DNA of 64,000 nt from Limnochordia bacterium (GTDB lineage Bacteria > Bacillota > Limnochordia > DTU080 > RSA5), in NCBI GenBank assembly GCA_041686855.1, contig JAWLDA010000006.1, positions 194,034 through 258,033 of the forward strand, given 5' to 3'. Made by a program: the position numbers and the translations under genes. The number at the start of each line of letters is the position of its first letter. Within the stretch, counting starts at the first letter, position 1. Below, one piece after another: positions 48,361-57,288 of this stretch. Under the pieces are notes generated by a model. The model did not search any database. It worked only from the letters and a program-made list of their open reading frames with translations, and had not been told where the DNA came from.

Positions 48361-49899
48361 ATGGAAACATACGTCGATGTCGCCCAATCGCTTTGGAACA
48401 CCGTCGTAACGCAGCTGCCATCCATTCTGTTGGCCGTCCTTGTCCTCTTCGTCGGGTGGGTGATCGCCCGCTACTTTTCCCGAGTCATTGGCCGGTTGGT
48501 CTTCAAACTTACTCATAACCCTCAGGTCCAAGAACTTGTCGAGGATCAGGGCCGTTATCGGGTCGACCAAGTTGCCGCGCGGGTTGCGTATTATGTGCTG
48601 ATGGTCTTCGTCCTGGTGCAGTTCTTCGACATCCTCGGGGTAACCGCCGTAACAGGGCCTTTCCTTTCGGTGGCCAACGAATTCGCCCTGGCAGTTCCCA
48701 ACTTGGTCAAGACGGTGCTTATTCTCCTTTCCGCGTGGGTATTGGCGACGCTGCTGCGCGGGATTGCTGTTCGGGCACTGGCATCTCAACCGGTGGGCCG
48801 GATTTTGGAACGGTTAGACGTCGTCGAAGGCGAGTCGGGGCGCGCTGCACTGATTAAAACGGCCGGGAACGTCGTCTATTATCTCGTGCTTGTCATGTTC
48901 CTGCCTGCCGTCTTTGGCGCTTTACAACTGGAAGGACTACAGGGTCCGTTTGAACAGGTGGTCGCGCAAGGTCTTGGATTTCTACCGAGGCTGGTCGCCG
49001 CCTCCATCACGGTGCTTGTCGGGTACATTGCCGCCAGGATCGTGAAGGGCATTGTAACCCAGCTCTTCGCCAATGTGGGCGTGGATCAACTTCCAGGTAA
49101 GGTCGGCATGGGACAGGTCTTTCAGTCCGTTCCGCTTTCCCGCTCGCTCGGAACGATCGCTTTTGTACTGGTCTTTCTACCGATCGTGATTTCCGGTTTG
49201 GAGTCCCTGGGGGTTGAAGCGATCTCAGGACCGGCCATCAGCATGCTCACCGTGGTATTGAACATGGTGCCCAATGTGGCCGTGGCGGTATTGCTTTTCG
49301 CAGCAGGCGTGGCCCTGGCCCGTTGGGTCGGCCAATTCACGGCCTCACTCTTGGAAAACGTCAACTTGGTCGGGTTCCTCGCCAAATGGGGCCTGCTTCG
49401 AAATGAGAAAACCGAACCGACCGTATACTCGGTGGTGGGCAAAGCGGTCACCGGGATCATTGTGCTGTTGGTCCTGGTTGAGGTCTTCGAAGTGTTGCGC
49501 CTGGTGGAACTGAGCAACATCCTGGGGAGCATCCTCGCGTACTTGCCTCATGTGGTTATGGCCGTCGCTATTCTCGCGGTGGGTTATGCCGTGAGCCAGT
49601 TCACCAATCGCAGCCTACGTTCGGTGTTGGAGCAGACTCCGTACCCCGATTGGTTGAGCGGTGTCGCCCGGTACGCTGTACTGGTTCTGGCGACTATGAT
49701 GGCCTTAGAACAACTCGGTGTGGCTAGGTCGATTGTGGTGAATGCCTTTACCATTCTGCTAGGATCGTTGGGGCTGGCAGCTGCCATTGCCATTGGGCTG
49801 GGCGGTAAAGATGCGGTCCAAAGGTGGCTAGATGAAAATACATCCGCTAAGACGCAGGGCGAGCCTGGGGATGCAGAAGATGGTGACATGACGGCGTAG
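48361..49899 (+). CDS. Conserved TM-helix repeat membrane protein (CmpX-like)
   Basis: Repeated units (LPSILLAVLVL, VPNLV, LPRLVAA, VPNVAVA, LPHVVMA); C-terminal AAAIAIGLGGKD. Confidence 0.75.
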   Translation: METYVDVAQSLWNTVVTQLPSILLAVLVLFVGWVIARYFSRVIGRLVFKLTHNPQVQELVEDQGRYRVDQVAARVAYYVLMVFVLVQFFDILGVTAVTGPFLSVANEFALAVPNLVKTVLILLSAWVLATLLRGIAVRALASQPVGRILERLDVVEGESGRAALIKTAGNVVYYLVLVMFLPAVFGALQLEGLQGPFEQVVAQGLGFLPRLVAASITVLVGYIAARIVKGIVTQLFANVGVDQLPGKVGMGQVFQSVPLSRSLGTIAFVLVFLPIVISGLESLGVEAISGPAISMLTVVLNMVPNVAVAVLLFAAGVALARWVGQFTASLLENVNLVGFLAKWGLLRNEKTEPTVYSVVGKAVTGIIVLLVLVEVFEVLRLVELSNILGSILAYLPHVVMAVAILAVGYAVSQFTNRSLRSVLEQTPYPDWLSGVARYAVLVLATMMALEQLGVARSIVVNAFTILLGSLGLAAAIAIGLGGKDAVQRWLDENTSAKTQGEPGDAEDGDMTA

Positions 49900-50052
49900 A
49901 TTGAAGCCGAGATCTTGCCGAAGTCCTGCCGGTGAATGGGTTGAAAAGGTATGTGAAACGACGCGAAACCATAGTTCTCCAGTCCTTTGAAACGTGTACT
50001 GTATGGGGCTTTCCGTGAATCGGTGTGTCTAGCTGCGAAAGCTACGTCGCAA

Positions 50053-50097
50053 CTACGGATCAGAAAGCCAGGAGTTCGAATCTTCGCGCGCGCACCA
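50053..50097 (+). pseudogene. Remnant 3' half of tRNA-Arg(ACG)
   Basis: CTACGGATCAGAAAGCCAGGAGTTCGAATCTTCGCGCGCGCACCA: anticodon loop CTACGGA, T-loop GTTCGAAT, CCA end; no D-arm or 5' half; hairpin ACCCGCA...TGCGGGT follows. Confidence 0.7.
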
Positions 50098-50640
50098 CTC
50101 AAGACCCGCATTGCCATTGGCTTTGCGGGTTTTGGGTTTGTATGGACTTTGCATCGTGAGGTGCCACTCCAAACAGCAAAGCAGAGAAAAGCACGTCCCG
50201 ACCGGACGCCAGTGGCATCGAGGCTTTACGTGCTCGGGTTCAAGATCTTACGGACCAAAACGCCAGGGTTTTCGGTGCGAGTGGCATAATTGAAACCTGC
50301 TTCAGAAGATGGGGGCGAAATGACTGTCGCCCGTGGCGCAACGTCCAACAGGGCATTTAACGGAAACGAAGCGGATAGTTGCGAAGGCCCACGGAGTCTT
50401 AAAGATGATGCCCCCCCGACAACCAGTGCCTCAAATGGTTCGAGCCACGGCTGATGCCCCCTTGCACCGAGAATGACGGTTTTAGGATCTCCCGTTCTTT
50501 TGAACCGAAGCTCCTGTGGAAACGCCTAAACTAAATGAAGTGAGGCAGATAACCGCCTCCCTCTCAGCATCGCTCGCGCTTGGGCCAAATATCCCTCAAT
50601 AGGTAAAGGCTGATGGTAATTGTGGGTTTGATGGGCCAGG

Positions 50641-50662
50641 GCATACATGTTAACATGTATGC
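50641..50662. promoter_or_regulatory. Perfect 22-bp palindrome, candidate operator of the RHH-integrase operon
   Basis: GCATACATGTTAACATGTATGC abutting the AAAGGAGG RBS. Confidence 0.7.
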
Positions 50663-50678
50663 AAAGGAGGAAGGCGAG

Positions 50679-50840
50679 GTGAAGAAAGAAGTGATGCTCG
50701 CCGTGCGGGTTCCGGAGGATATGCGACGGGCCATCAAGGCCATGGCCGCACAGGAGGGTACAACAGTACAGATTCTGGTCCGTGAGGCAATATCAGATCT
50801 GCTTAAACATCACAAGAGTGGAGGGAACAACGGTGGCTAA
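50679..50840 (+). CDS. Ribbon-helix-helix (CopG/Arc-like) regulator
   Basis: VMLAVRVPEDMRRAIKAMAAQEGTTVQILVREAISDLL; stop overlaps the integrase start. Confidence 0.75.
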   Translation: MKKEVMLAVRVPEDMRRAIKAMAAQEGTTVQILVREAISDLLKHHKSGGNNGG

Positions 50841-52053
50841 GAAACCTAAGCGAGGGGCCGGTGACGGCAGTATCTATCAACGCAAAGACGGTCGTTGGAT
50901 GGGCTCAATCATGTTGGGATACAAACCAGATGGCAAACCAAACCGGCGCGTTGTCTACGGAAAGACCCGTCGGGAAGTTGTGGACAAGCTAGACGCCCTG
51001 AAGTCGGACTATAAGAGGGGCACCCTAACGGCACCGACGAAACGGACAGTTGGAGAATACTTGGTTGGTGACGTGAAGGCCTTCGTGACCGGCGAGGCTG
51101 TAGGCGGCTGGCTGGAGACTCACAAGCGATTCGGCGGGAAGAAGGGCAAGGGACTGCGTCCGAACACCTACCGGGGCTATGCGAGCATTCTAAAGAACCA
51201 TGTGCTCCCCGAAATTGGCCGGGTGCAACTCCAGAAACTGACGCCGGACCATCTGGAGAGACTTTACAAGGCCATCCTCAACAAGAAACGCCGGGACGGA
51301 AAGAACCTATCGATGCGCCAAGCGCACCTTGCCCACCAGGTCTTGAGGATCGCGCTGCAAGCGGCTGTGGAGAAGGACATCGTTAAGCGCAATCCTTGTG
51401 ACCGGGTACCAGAGAAGCCGCGTACGAGCTATAGGGCGGAGGATAGGCCCAGGCTCGACCGGGCCGACGTTTCGCGGGTGCTTGAGGAGGTAAGAGGGAG
51501 CAGGTATTACATTCCCTTTCTCCTTGCCATGTCGGCGGGCCTGCGCCGTGGTGAGATCATCGGTCTTCGTTGGCCTAATGTAGATCTTGATGAAGGCATT
51601 ATCTACGTGCGAGAGCAGCTTCAACTCGACGAGGACAACAAGCCCGCTCTGGAAGACGTGAAGACTCCGGCTGCAATACGAGACATCCCCATTCCGGCCG
51701 ATGTGGTGCAGGTCCTAAAGAAGCACCGGGCTTCACAAAAAGTGGTAGACCTGGATGGGTTCGTTGTTACTAATAGCCGTGGAGGTCACCTGCGACTGTG
51801 GGATCTTGACCACAAGTGGGGAGAGATTCGCGAAAAGCTGGGTCTACCAAAGAAAATGGTACTCCATGATTTGCGAGGCTCATGGGCGACTTGGATGGCT
51901 GCGGCAAAGGTTGACGTGAAGGCAACGAGTCAACTTCTCGGACATTCCGACGAGCGGGTAACGCTCCGCATCTATCAGACGGTAACCAAGGAGATGAAAA
52001 GAGAGGCCGCCCGAGCGATGGAAGGCATCACACGGGCGGCATCCGACGAGTAG
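50833..52053 (+). CDS. Tyrosine integrase
   Basis: Arm-binding N-terminus GDGSIYQRKDGRW, GLRRGE, VKTP, LHDLRGS, LGHSD, LRIY. Confidence 0.93.
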   Translation: MAKKPKRGAGDGSIYQRKDGRWMGSIMLGYKPDGKPNRRVVYGKTRREVVDKLDALKSDYKRGTLTAPTKRTVGEYLVGDVKAFVTGEAVGGWLETHKRFGGKKGKGLRPNTYRGYASILKNHVLPEIGRVQLQKLTPDHLERLYKAILNKKRRDGKNLSMRQAHLAHQVLRIALQAAVEKDIVKRNPCDRVPEKPRTSYRAEDRPRLDRADVSRVLEEVRGSRYYIPFLLAMSAGLRRGEIIGLRWPNVDLDEGIIYVREQLQLDEDNKPALEDVKTPAAIRDIPIPADVVQVLKKHRASQKVVDLDGFVVTNSRGGHLRLWDLDHKWGEIREKLGLPKKMVLHDLRGSWATWMAAAKVDVKATSQLLGHSDERVTLRIYQTVTKEMKREAARAMEGITRAASDE

Positions 52054-52085
52054 GCAACGTCTTCACAACTAAGAGCGTCACCCTC

Positions 52086-52116
52086 GCGCCGGAGCTGCAA
52101 CTCCGGCGCTTTCTTT
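52086..52116 (+). terminator. Terminator after the integrase
   Basis: GCGCCGGAG-CTGCAA-CTCCGGCGC-TTTCTTT. Confidence 0.7.
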
Positions 52117-52150
52117 GTCGCTCGCACCTGTTGCGAGAGACTCGTGAGCG

Positions 52151-52176
52151 CATTGTAGTCAACTATTGTAGTCATT
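52151..52176. repeat. Candidate integrase arm-type sites (right)
   Basis: CATTGTAGTCA-ACT-ATTGTAGTCATT, matching 38256-38280. Confidence 0.7.
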
Positions 52177-52209
52177 CGACTTGTCGTTGCGCTACAAAAC
52201 GCTTGAAAC

Positions 52210-52299
52210 TGGCGGAGGAGGAGGGATTCGAACCCTCGTCACCCGTTAGGGTGGCACGATTTCCAGTCGTGTGCGCTAGGCCAACTACGCGACTCCTCC
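52210..52299 (-). tRNA. tRNA-Ser(GGA)
   Basis: GGAGGAGTCGCGTAGTTGGCCTAGCGCACACGACTGGAAATCGTG...GTTCGAATCCCTCCTCCTCCGCCA; long variable arm. Confidence 0.95.
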
Positions 52300-52311
52300 A
52301 AAAGAAAAAAG

Positions 52312-52403
52312 TGGCGGAAGGGGAGGGATTTGAACCCTCGAGGCGCCTTGCGACGCCTAACGGTTTTCGAGACCGCCTCTTTCGGCCGCTCAGACACCCT
52401 TCC
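52312..52403 (-). tRNA. tRNA-Ser(CGA)
   Basis: GGAAGGGTGTCTGAGCGGCCGAAAGAGGCGGTCTCGAAAACCG...GTTCAAATCCCTCCCCTTCCGCCA; long variable arm. Confidence 0.93.
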
Positions 52404-52429
52404 GCGCAAAAATCTGCTCTCTTGCGAAA

Positions 52430-52903
52430 CTACCTTTTGGGCTTGCTTCGCAGTCGACGAAAAAAAGCCTGCATCAGCGCCGCGCATTCACTTTGCAGCA
52501 CTCCTGCAGTCACGTCGATCCGATGGTTGAGCCGAGGATCCCGCACGAGATCAAAAAGCGTGTCGATGGCACCCGCCTTGGGGTCCGTAGCACCGTAAAC
52601 GAGACGATCCACACGCGCCATCACTAGTGCGCCAGCACACATCGGACAGGGCTCAATTGTAGCATAGAGCGTGCACTCTGTCAAACGCCACGATCCGATC
52701 TGAGCTGCCGCTTCACGAATCGCAACCACCTCGGCGTGCGCAGTCGGATCATTATCCCGCTCCCGCAAGTTGTGGCCTCGCCCAATGACGCCATCGTTGC
52801 AAACGACGACAGCGCCAATCGGGACTTCCCCGATGGCGCCGGCGCGCTCCGCCTCCATGATGGCTTCCTTCATAAACAACGCGTCGCGTTCTGCCTCGGA
52901 CAT
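52430..52903 (-). CDS. tadA: tRNA adenosine(34) deaminase
   Basis: [29 protein letters not shown]. Confidence 0.93.
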   Translation of the reverse strand: MSEAERDALFMKEAIMEAERAGAIGEVPIGAVVVCNDGVIGRGHNLRERDNDPTAHAEVVAIREAAAQIGSWRLTECTLYATIEPCPMCAGALVMARVDRLVYGATDPKAGAIDTLFDLVRDPRLNHRIDVTAGVLQSECAALMQAFFRRLRSKPKR

Positions 52904-52985
52904 AGCGTCCTCAGCATACTCCGGCCTCCCGAACGTGTCAAGGTGATCGCCGAAAAGGCCGCAGAGGTGGGCGCGGGCACCCCAT

Positions 52986-53162
52986 TCATTTTTCGCGTTC
53001 CTTCGCGGTGCCCTGGCGTTGGCGCTGCTTAGAGGAGTCGGACTTTCCGGCGAAATCAGCGGCGTCTCCAGTTTCGAAGCGCTCCGCGTCGTCCGGGCTG
53101 TCCGTGACCACTAGCGTCAGAGAGTCCTTGCGCTTTGGGATACCTTTCTCTTTTGAAGGCAT
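52986..53162 (-). CDS. Small hydrophilic hypothetical protein (58 aa)
   Basis: GGAGG RBS, ATG 53162; [58 protein letters not shown]. Confidence 0.5.
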   Translation of the reverse strand: MPSKEKGIPKRKDSLTLVVTDSPDDAERFETGDAADFAGKSDSSKQRQRQGTAKEREK

Positions 53163-53201
53163 ATCCTCGTCCTCCAGTGTGATGGTATACGAAATTGTGT
53201 G

Positions 53202-53684
53202 CTAATCTCGTTCAGGAGCCGTTTCGAGCCGGCCTTCCGTTTGATCGTCATAGTTCTCGATGGTCTCGAGCATACTATCGATCTTTTGATGTGCGGTCTC
53301 AGTGTCACGCCGGTCGACGGCTACGATCAGACCGTCCATTGCGGCTTGAAAGTCCCTCATGACATCCGTTGTCCACATACGTCGACCTGCGCTGGCTTGC
53401 ATCGGGGTGCGATAGGAGAGCCACTTCTCTTTCGCATTCATTGCCCTCTCTTTAGCCTCTGTCCATGCTCCAGCGCTTACGGCTTGCTCCGTTTTCTCAA
53501 TCGCTGAACGAAGCTCGCCGAGTGTCGCTGGTTGGGGTGTCGCGCTCTCGCTGTCCCTCGCCCGATGGGGTGTGGGCCCAGGAGCGTCTTGATTGGCCAA
53601 CGTGCCTGTAACGAGGAGGAACAGCACGAGTAGCACGCCGTAGATCGTCCAATATGCGTATTTGCGTCCTTGATTGCGACCCAA
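53202..53684 (-). CDS. Membrane-anchored helical hypothetical protein
   Basis: AGAGGTG RBS before TTG 53684; TM IYGVLLVLFLLVTGTLA, then a helical bundle. The upstream part of ORF 53202..54446 is antisense to SRP RNA and is not included. Confidence 0.6.
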   Translation of the reverse strand: MGRNQGRKYAYWTIYGVLLVLFLLVTGTLANQDAPGPTPHRARDSESATPQPATLGELRSAIEKTEQAVSAGAWTEAKERAMNAKEKWLSYRTPMQASAGRRMWTTDVMRDFQAAMDGLIVAVDRRDTETAHQKIDSMLETIENYDDQTEGRLETAPERD

Positions 53685-53768
53685 TGGCAAACACCTCTGG
53701 GAGTAGCGTCTGCACGGGACGCACCGCGTACGCATCCTTTTTGTGTCACGATAGGGAGCGTGCCTTTC

Positions 53769-53798
53769 TTGACACCTTAGTGACGCCCCCGATATAAT
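53769..53798 (+). promoter_or_regulatory. Sigma-A promoter of SRP RNA
   Basis: TTGACA-N18-TATAAT. Confidence 0.75.
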
Positions 53799-53844
53799 TG
53801 GACGTGCACTTCGCATTTGCGTTTCATTCTTACTCGTGTTTCGC

Positions 53845-54117
53845 TTTGCCGTGCTAGGCGGGGAGGTAGCGGTGCCCTGCACCCGCAATCCGCTATAGCG
53901 GGGCCGAATTCCCACTCGAGGTCGTTTTCGTCTAAAGGTCAAGGGGCTTGCAAGCGGTGTTGAGGATCGGGTCTCGTGCAATGGGACCTTGTGAACCCCG
54001 TCAGGTCCGGAAGGAAGCAGCGGTAAGCAGGTGCTCCCATGTGCCGCGAGCTCGCCTGGTCTGAGCCGCATGCAGGCAATCCGCTTTGGACGGACGATCG
54101 ACAGCGGGTGCACGGCA
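53845..54117 (+). ncRNA. ffs: Signal recognition particle RNA, large (Alu-containing) type
   Basis: 5' TTTGCCGTGCTAGGCGGGGAGGTAGCGGTGCCCTG, helix 8 GTCAGGTCCGGAAGGAAGCAGC, 3' GCACGGCA complementary to the 5' end; upstream of dnaX. Confidence 0.93.
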
Positions 54118-54144
54118 TTTTTTAGATAGGGCCAGTGTACCAAA

Positions 54145-54185
54145 GAGAGTCGCACTCGGGATCTCATCGGGTGCGACTCTTCTGT
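54145..54185 (+). terminator. Hairpin after SRP RNA
   Basis: AGAGTCGCACTCG...CGGGTGCGACTCT stem. Confidence 0.6.
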
Positions 54186-54280
54186 TACCTCAGGTTCACC
54201 GTATCGTTCGGTTGTGCGTGCCGGTATGGACGACAGGGAATGACCCGCAGCTTGCCGAAAGCTCGGAGAGGGTGATCCGA

Positions 54281-56332
54281 TTGGCTTACCTTTCACTTTA
54301 CCGCAAATGGCGTCCTCAAGCATTTTCGCATGTGGTTGGACAAGAGCACGTTGTGCGTACGCTGCGAAACGCTCTGGATATGGGACGCTGCGCGCACGCC
54401 TATATCTTTGCCGGACCGCGTGGGACCGGCAAGACCACATTGGCACGCCTTCTTGCCAAAGGGCTCAACTGCGTCAACGGTCCCACCGGATCTTGGTGTA
54501 ATGAGTGCGACAACTGCCGGCGCATCTCCAAGGGTCAGTCAGTCGACGTGATCGAGATTGACGGCGCATCCAACCGCGGCATTGATGAGATTCGCGACGT
54601 TCGTGAGAAGGTGAAGTTCGCCCCCGCACAGGGACGGTACAAGGTTTACATCATCGACGAAGTGCATATGCTTACGCCGGAGGCATTTAATGCCTTGTTA
54701 AAAGTATTGGAGGAGCCTCCGGAGCACGTCGTCTTTGTCTTTGCAACCACCGAAGCGTACCGGATTCCGGCGACGATTCTCTCCCGATGTCAAAAGTTTG
54801 ATTTTCGGGCCTTCACACCAGCCCAAATTGCCGAACAAGTTCGGCATGTAGCCATGCAAGAAGGCGTGGACGTTGAGGAGGGGGCGTTGCGCCTTATTGC
54901 GCGACATTCGGCCGGTGGCATGCGAGATGCGCTGGGCTTCCTCGACCAGTGTATTGCGTTTACCGATGAGGGTATCACGGAGACGCTGGTCGCCCAAGTG
55001 CTCGGCGTGGTGGAACGGGAGAGCCTCGAGGCGCTGGCAAAAGCGGTTGCGACCAAAAATCTTGGCGACGCGCTGACGCTCGTGAAGAGTGTGGTCGATT
55101 CGGGGCGTGATCTGCGCCAGTTTGCACGTGATGCGGTGCAGTTTTTCAGGGATCTCATGTTGCTCAAGGCTGCGCCGAGCCCAAAGGGGCTCGTCGTCTT
55201 GTGGGGGGAAGATCTCGAGCGGGCGCAACAGATCGCTGAACCTTTCGACGTACCGCGTCTGCTGCGTCTTGTCGAGCGCTTAGGGCGAAGCGAAGCGGAC
55301 ATGCGCTGGGCACAAACGGCACAGTTCCCCCTCGAGATGGCAATAATCGAACTTTTGCGCGAAGAGGAGGAGCCGGTCGGGCAACTCTCTGATCTGCTTC
55401 GACGGGTGGAAGCGCTTGAAGCCAAGCTGGCCTCACACCCGACGCAGCCCGCGCCCACGACAACGCCGCACGTGAGCCGTCCCGAGGTAGAGCGTAGATC
55501 TAGCGAATCGCCCGCGGCTCGTGGGCCGGTAAGCTCTCGCAGTCCCGACGACCAACAGAAGGCCTCGGCGCCCGGTGTCTCATCACGGGAAAGGACACCC
55601 TTACCGCAGGGAGAGGAGACCGCAAAATCCGCTGCGAGCAGAGGTTCGGCCGCCGCCGAGGGCGCCGCTGCCGGCACGAGCCCAACTCCGAGTCCCGAGG
55701 CTACTGGCACCTCCGCCGCCGCAGGTCCAGATGGGTCGTTGCTGGCACGCATTCGGGAGGAGTGGCCTCGATTGCTGGAGTCGCTGCGGACTTCAAAGAA
55801 CGTGCAACAAGAGGCGTTCTTGCGGGAAGGCTCACCCGGATCAATCCATGACGGTGTCCTGACTGTGTACTTTTCGCCCAATCACCGATTCCACCAGGCA
55901 AACATTGCCCAGGAGAAGAACACGAGTATTGTCGAAAAGGCGATTGCAAAGCTCTTAGGTGAAGAGATCAAGCTCGAAGCAGTCGTCGGCGAGCCTCCAC
56001 CCGTGCCAACTCCTGCTCCTACGCCTGATGTTAACCCTGAGTCTGATCGTAGGTCTGGCCATGTGTCGGACTCGGTCCAGGAACCTCCTGAGCCGCCCCG
56101 TAGCACGTCTCCCGAGGGCGGCGGGACCGCGGCGCCGGTATCGACCAAGCAAGAGAGCTCAGTAGAGGGAGACGAGCGGCCACAAGCTACCCAGGGGCAA
56201 CACTCGCCTGCGGCGCCTGTGGGTGGTGCGACGGAGCCAATCGATCCCGAGGAGATCGACGAACCAATACTCAAAGAGGCGCTCAAACTTTTCGGAGGCA
56301 CCATCACGCGCTTAGAGCGCGAAGGAGGGTAA
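54281..56332 (+). CDS. dnaX: DNA polymerase III subunit gamma/tau
   Basis: LYRKWRPQ, GPRGTGKT, zinc motif, EIDGASNRG, DEVHML, TILSRCQ; TTG start after GGAGAGG. Confidence 0.95.
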   Translation: MAYLSLYRKWRPQAFSHVVGQEHVVRTLRNALDMGRCAHAYIFAGPRGTGKTTLARLLAKGLNCVNGPTGSWCNECDNCRRISKGQSVDVIEIDGASNRGIDEIRDVREKVKFAPAQGRYKVYIIDEVHMLTPEAFNALLKVLEEPPEHVVFVFATTEAYRIPATILSRCQKFDFRAFTPAQIAEQVRHVAMQEGVDVEEGALRLIARHSAGGMRDALGFLDQCIAFTDEGITETLVAQVLGVVERESLEALAKAVATKNLGDALTLVKSVVDSGRDLRQFARDAVQFFRDLMLLKAAPSPKGLVVLWGEDLERAQQIAEPFDVPRLLRLVERLGRSEADMRWAQTAQFPLEMAIIELLREEEEPVGQLSDLLRRVEALEAKLASHPTQPAPTTTPHVSRPEVERRSSESPAARGPVSSRSPDDQQKASAPGVSSRERTPLPQGEETAKSAASRGSAAAEGAAAGTSPTPSPEATGTSAAAGPDGSLLARIREEWPRLLESLRTSKNVQQEAFLREGSPGSIHDGVLTVYFSPNHRFHQANIAQEKNTSIVEKAIAKLLGEEIKLEAVVGEPPPVPTPAPTPDVNPESDRRSGHVSDSVQEPPEPPRSTSPEGGGTAAPVSTKQESSVEGDERPQATQGQHSPAAPVGGATEPIDPEEIDEPILKEALKLFGGTITRLEREGG

Positions 56333-56337
56333 CCCCT

Positions 56338-56655
56338 ATGAAAAACATGCAGAAGATGATGAAGCAGGTGCAAAAGATGCAGGCCGAGATGGCCAAGACG
56401 CAAGAAGCGCTGGCGGACCAGGTCGTCGAAGCGTCCTCTGGTGGCGGTGTGGTGACCGTGAGCGTAAACGGACACCAAGAAGTGAAGAGTATCAAGATCG
56501 ACCCGGCCGCGATCGACCCTGAAGATGCCGAGATGCTTGAGGACCTGGTGCTCGCCGCCGTCAACGAGGGGCTGCGCAAGTCACAGGAGATGGCCCAAGA
56601 AGAGATGGCCAAGGTGACGGGCGGTCTCAACATACCCGGCCTTCCGGGCTTCTAA
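56338..56655 (+). CDS. ybaB: YbaB/EbfC nucleoid-associated protein
   Basis: MQKMMKQVQKMQ, SGGGVV, EMLEDLVLAAVNE. Confidence 0.93.
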   Translation: MKNMQKMMKQVQKMQAEMAKTQEALADQVVEASSGGGVVTVSVNGHQEVKSIKIDPAAIDPEDAEMLEDLVLAAVNEGLRKSQEMAQEEMAKVTGGLNIPGLPGF

Positions 56656-56667
56656 GCGAGCGCACCT

Positions 56668-57267
56668 ATGGCCACATTTGCTCGCCCCATTGCTCGTCTG
56701 GTTGAGGAGCTCACAAAACTGCCTGGCATCGGTCCAAAGACCGCCCAGCGTCTGGCTCTTCACATTGTGGGAACCTCCCTTGAGGATGTCCGGTCCTTGG
56801 CCGACGCCGTCGTCCAAGCTAAGGAGAAGACGCGCTACTGCTCCGTTTGCTGTAATTTGACCGACGTGGACCCCTGCCGGATTTGCTCGCACCAAGGACG
56901 GGACCGATCGCTCCTGTGCGTCGTCGAGGATCCCAAAGACGTCATTGCTATGGAGCGCACTCGGGAGTTTAAGGGGCTCTACCACGTGTTGCAGGGTGCC
57001 ATTTCTCCGATGGATGGCATCGGCCCCGGCGATCTCACGATGGAGGAGCTCTTACATCGTCTCCGCGGCGACGATGTGAAGGAGATCATCCTCGCGACGG
57101 ATCCCAATCCAGAGGGTGAAGCGACGGCGATGTATCTGGCGCGCCTGCTCAAACCGCTGGGCTTGCGCGTCACCCGGATGGCCCACGGCATGCCCGTCGG
57201 TGGAGACCTTGAGTACATCGATGAAGTCACCCTCACCAAAGCACTGGAAGGGCGACGGGAAATTTAA
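56668..57267 (+). CDS. recR: Recombination mediator RecR
   Basis: [14 protein letters not shown]4 zinc finger, [16 protein letters not shown]. Confidence 0.96.
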   Translation: MATFARPIARLVEELTKLPGIGPKTAQRLALHIVGTSLEDVRSLADAVVQAKEKTRYCSVCCNLTDVDPCRICSHQGRDRSLLCVVEDPKDVIAMERTREFKGLYHVLQGAISPMDGIGPGDLTMEELLHRLRGDDVKEIILATDPNPEGEATAMYLARLLKPLGLRVTRMAHGMPVGGDLEYIDEVTLTKALEGRREI

Positions 57268-57288
57268 GAACTATTTCCTGGTATACCG

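Larger units (their letters stand above)
38108..52266. mobile_element. ~14.1 kb integrative element/genomic island in tRNA-Ser(GGA)
   Basis: 57-bp direct repeats at both ends, tyrosine integrase beside the intact tRNA, excisionase-like HTH, DUF3987 protein, shared ATTGTAGTCA repeats inside both ends. Confidence 0.92.

Noticed and set aside
50140-50600. Pseudogene or ncRNA in the island's non-coding stretch
   Set aside because: A start-less open frame exists on the minus strand, but no motif or stable structure could be recognised.
38108-52266. Intact prophage or self-transmissible ICE
   Set aside because: No capsid, terminase, tail, relaxase or T4SS genes were recognised.
53685-54446. N-terminal part of the 414-aa ORF 53202..54446
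   Set aside because: It is antisense to SRP RNA and dnaX; only the part from TTG 53684 looks protein-like.
4674-55881. Long antisense ORFs (e.g. 4954..5985, 28709..29527, 54790..55881)
   Set aside because: These are shadow frames of well-supported genes in GC-rich DNA, with no motifs of their own.
54281-56332. Programmed frameshift in dnaX
   Set aside because: No AAAAAAG or long A-run was found after domain III.
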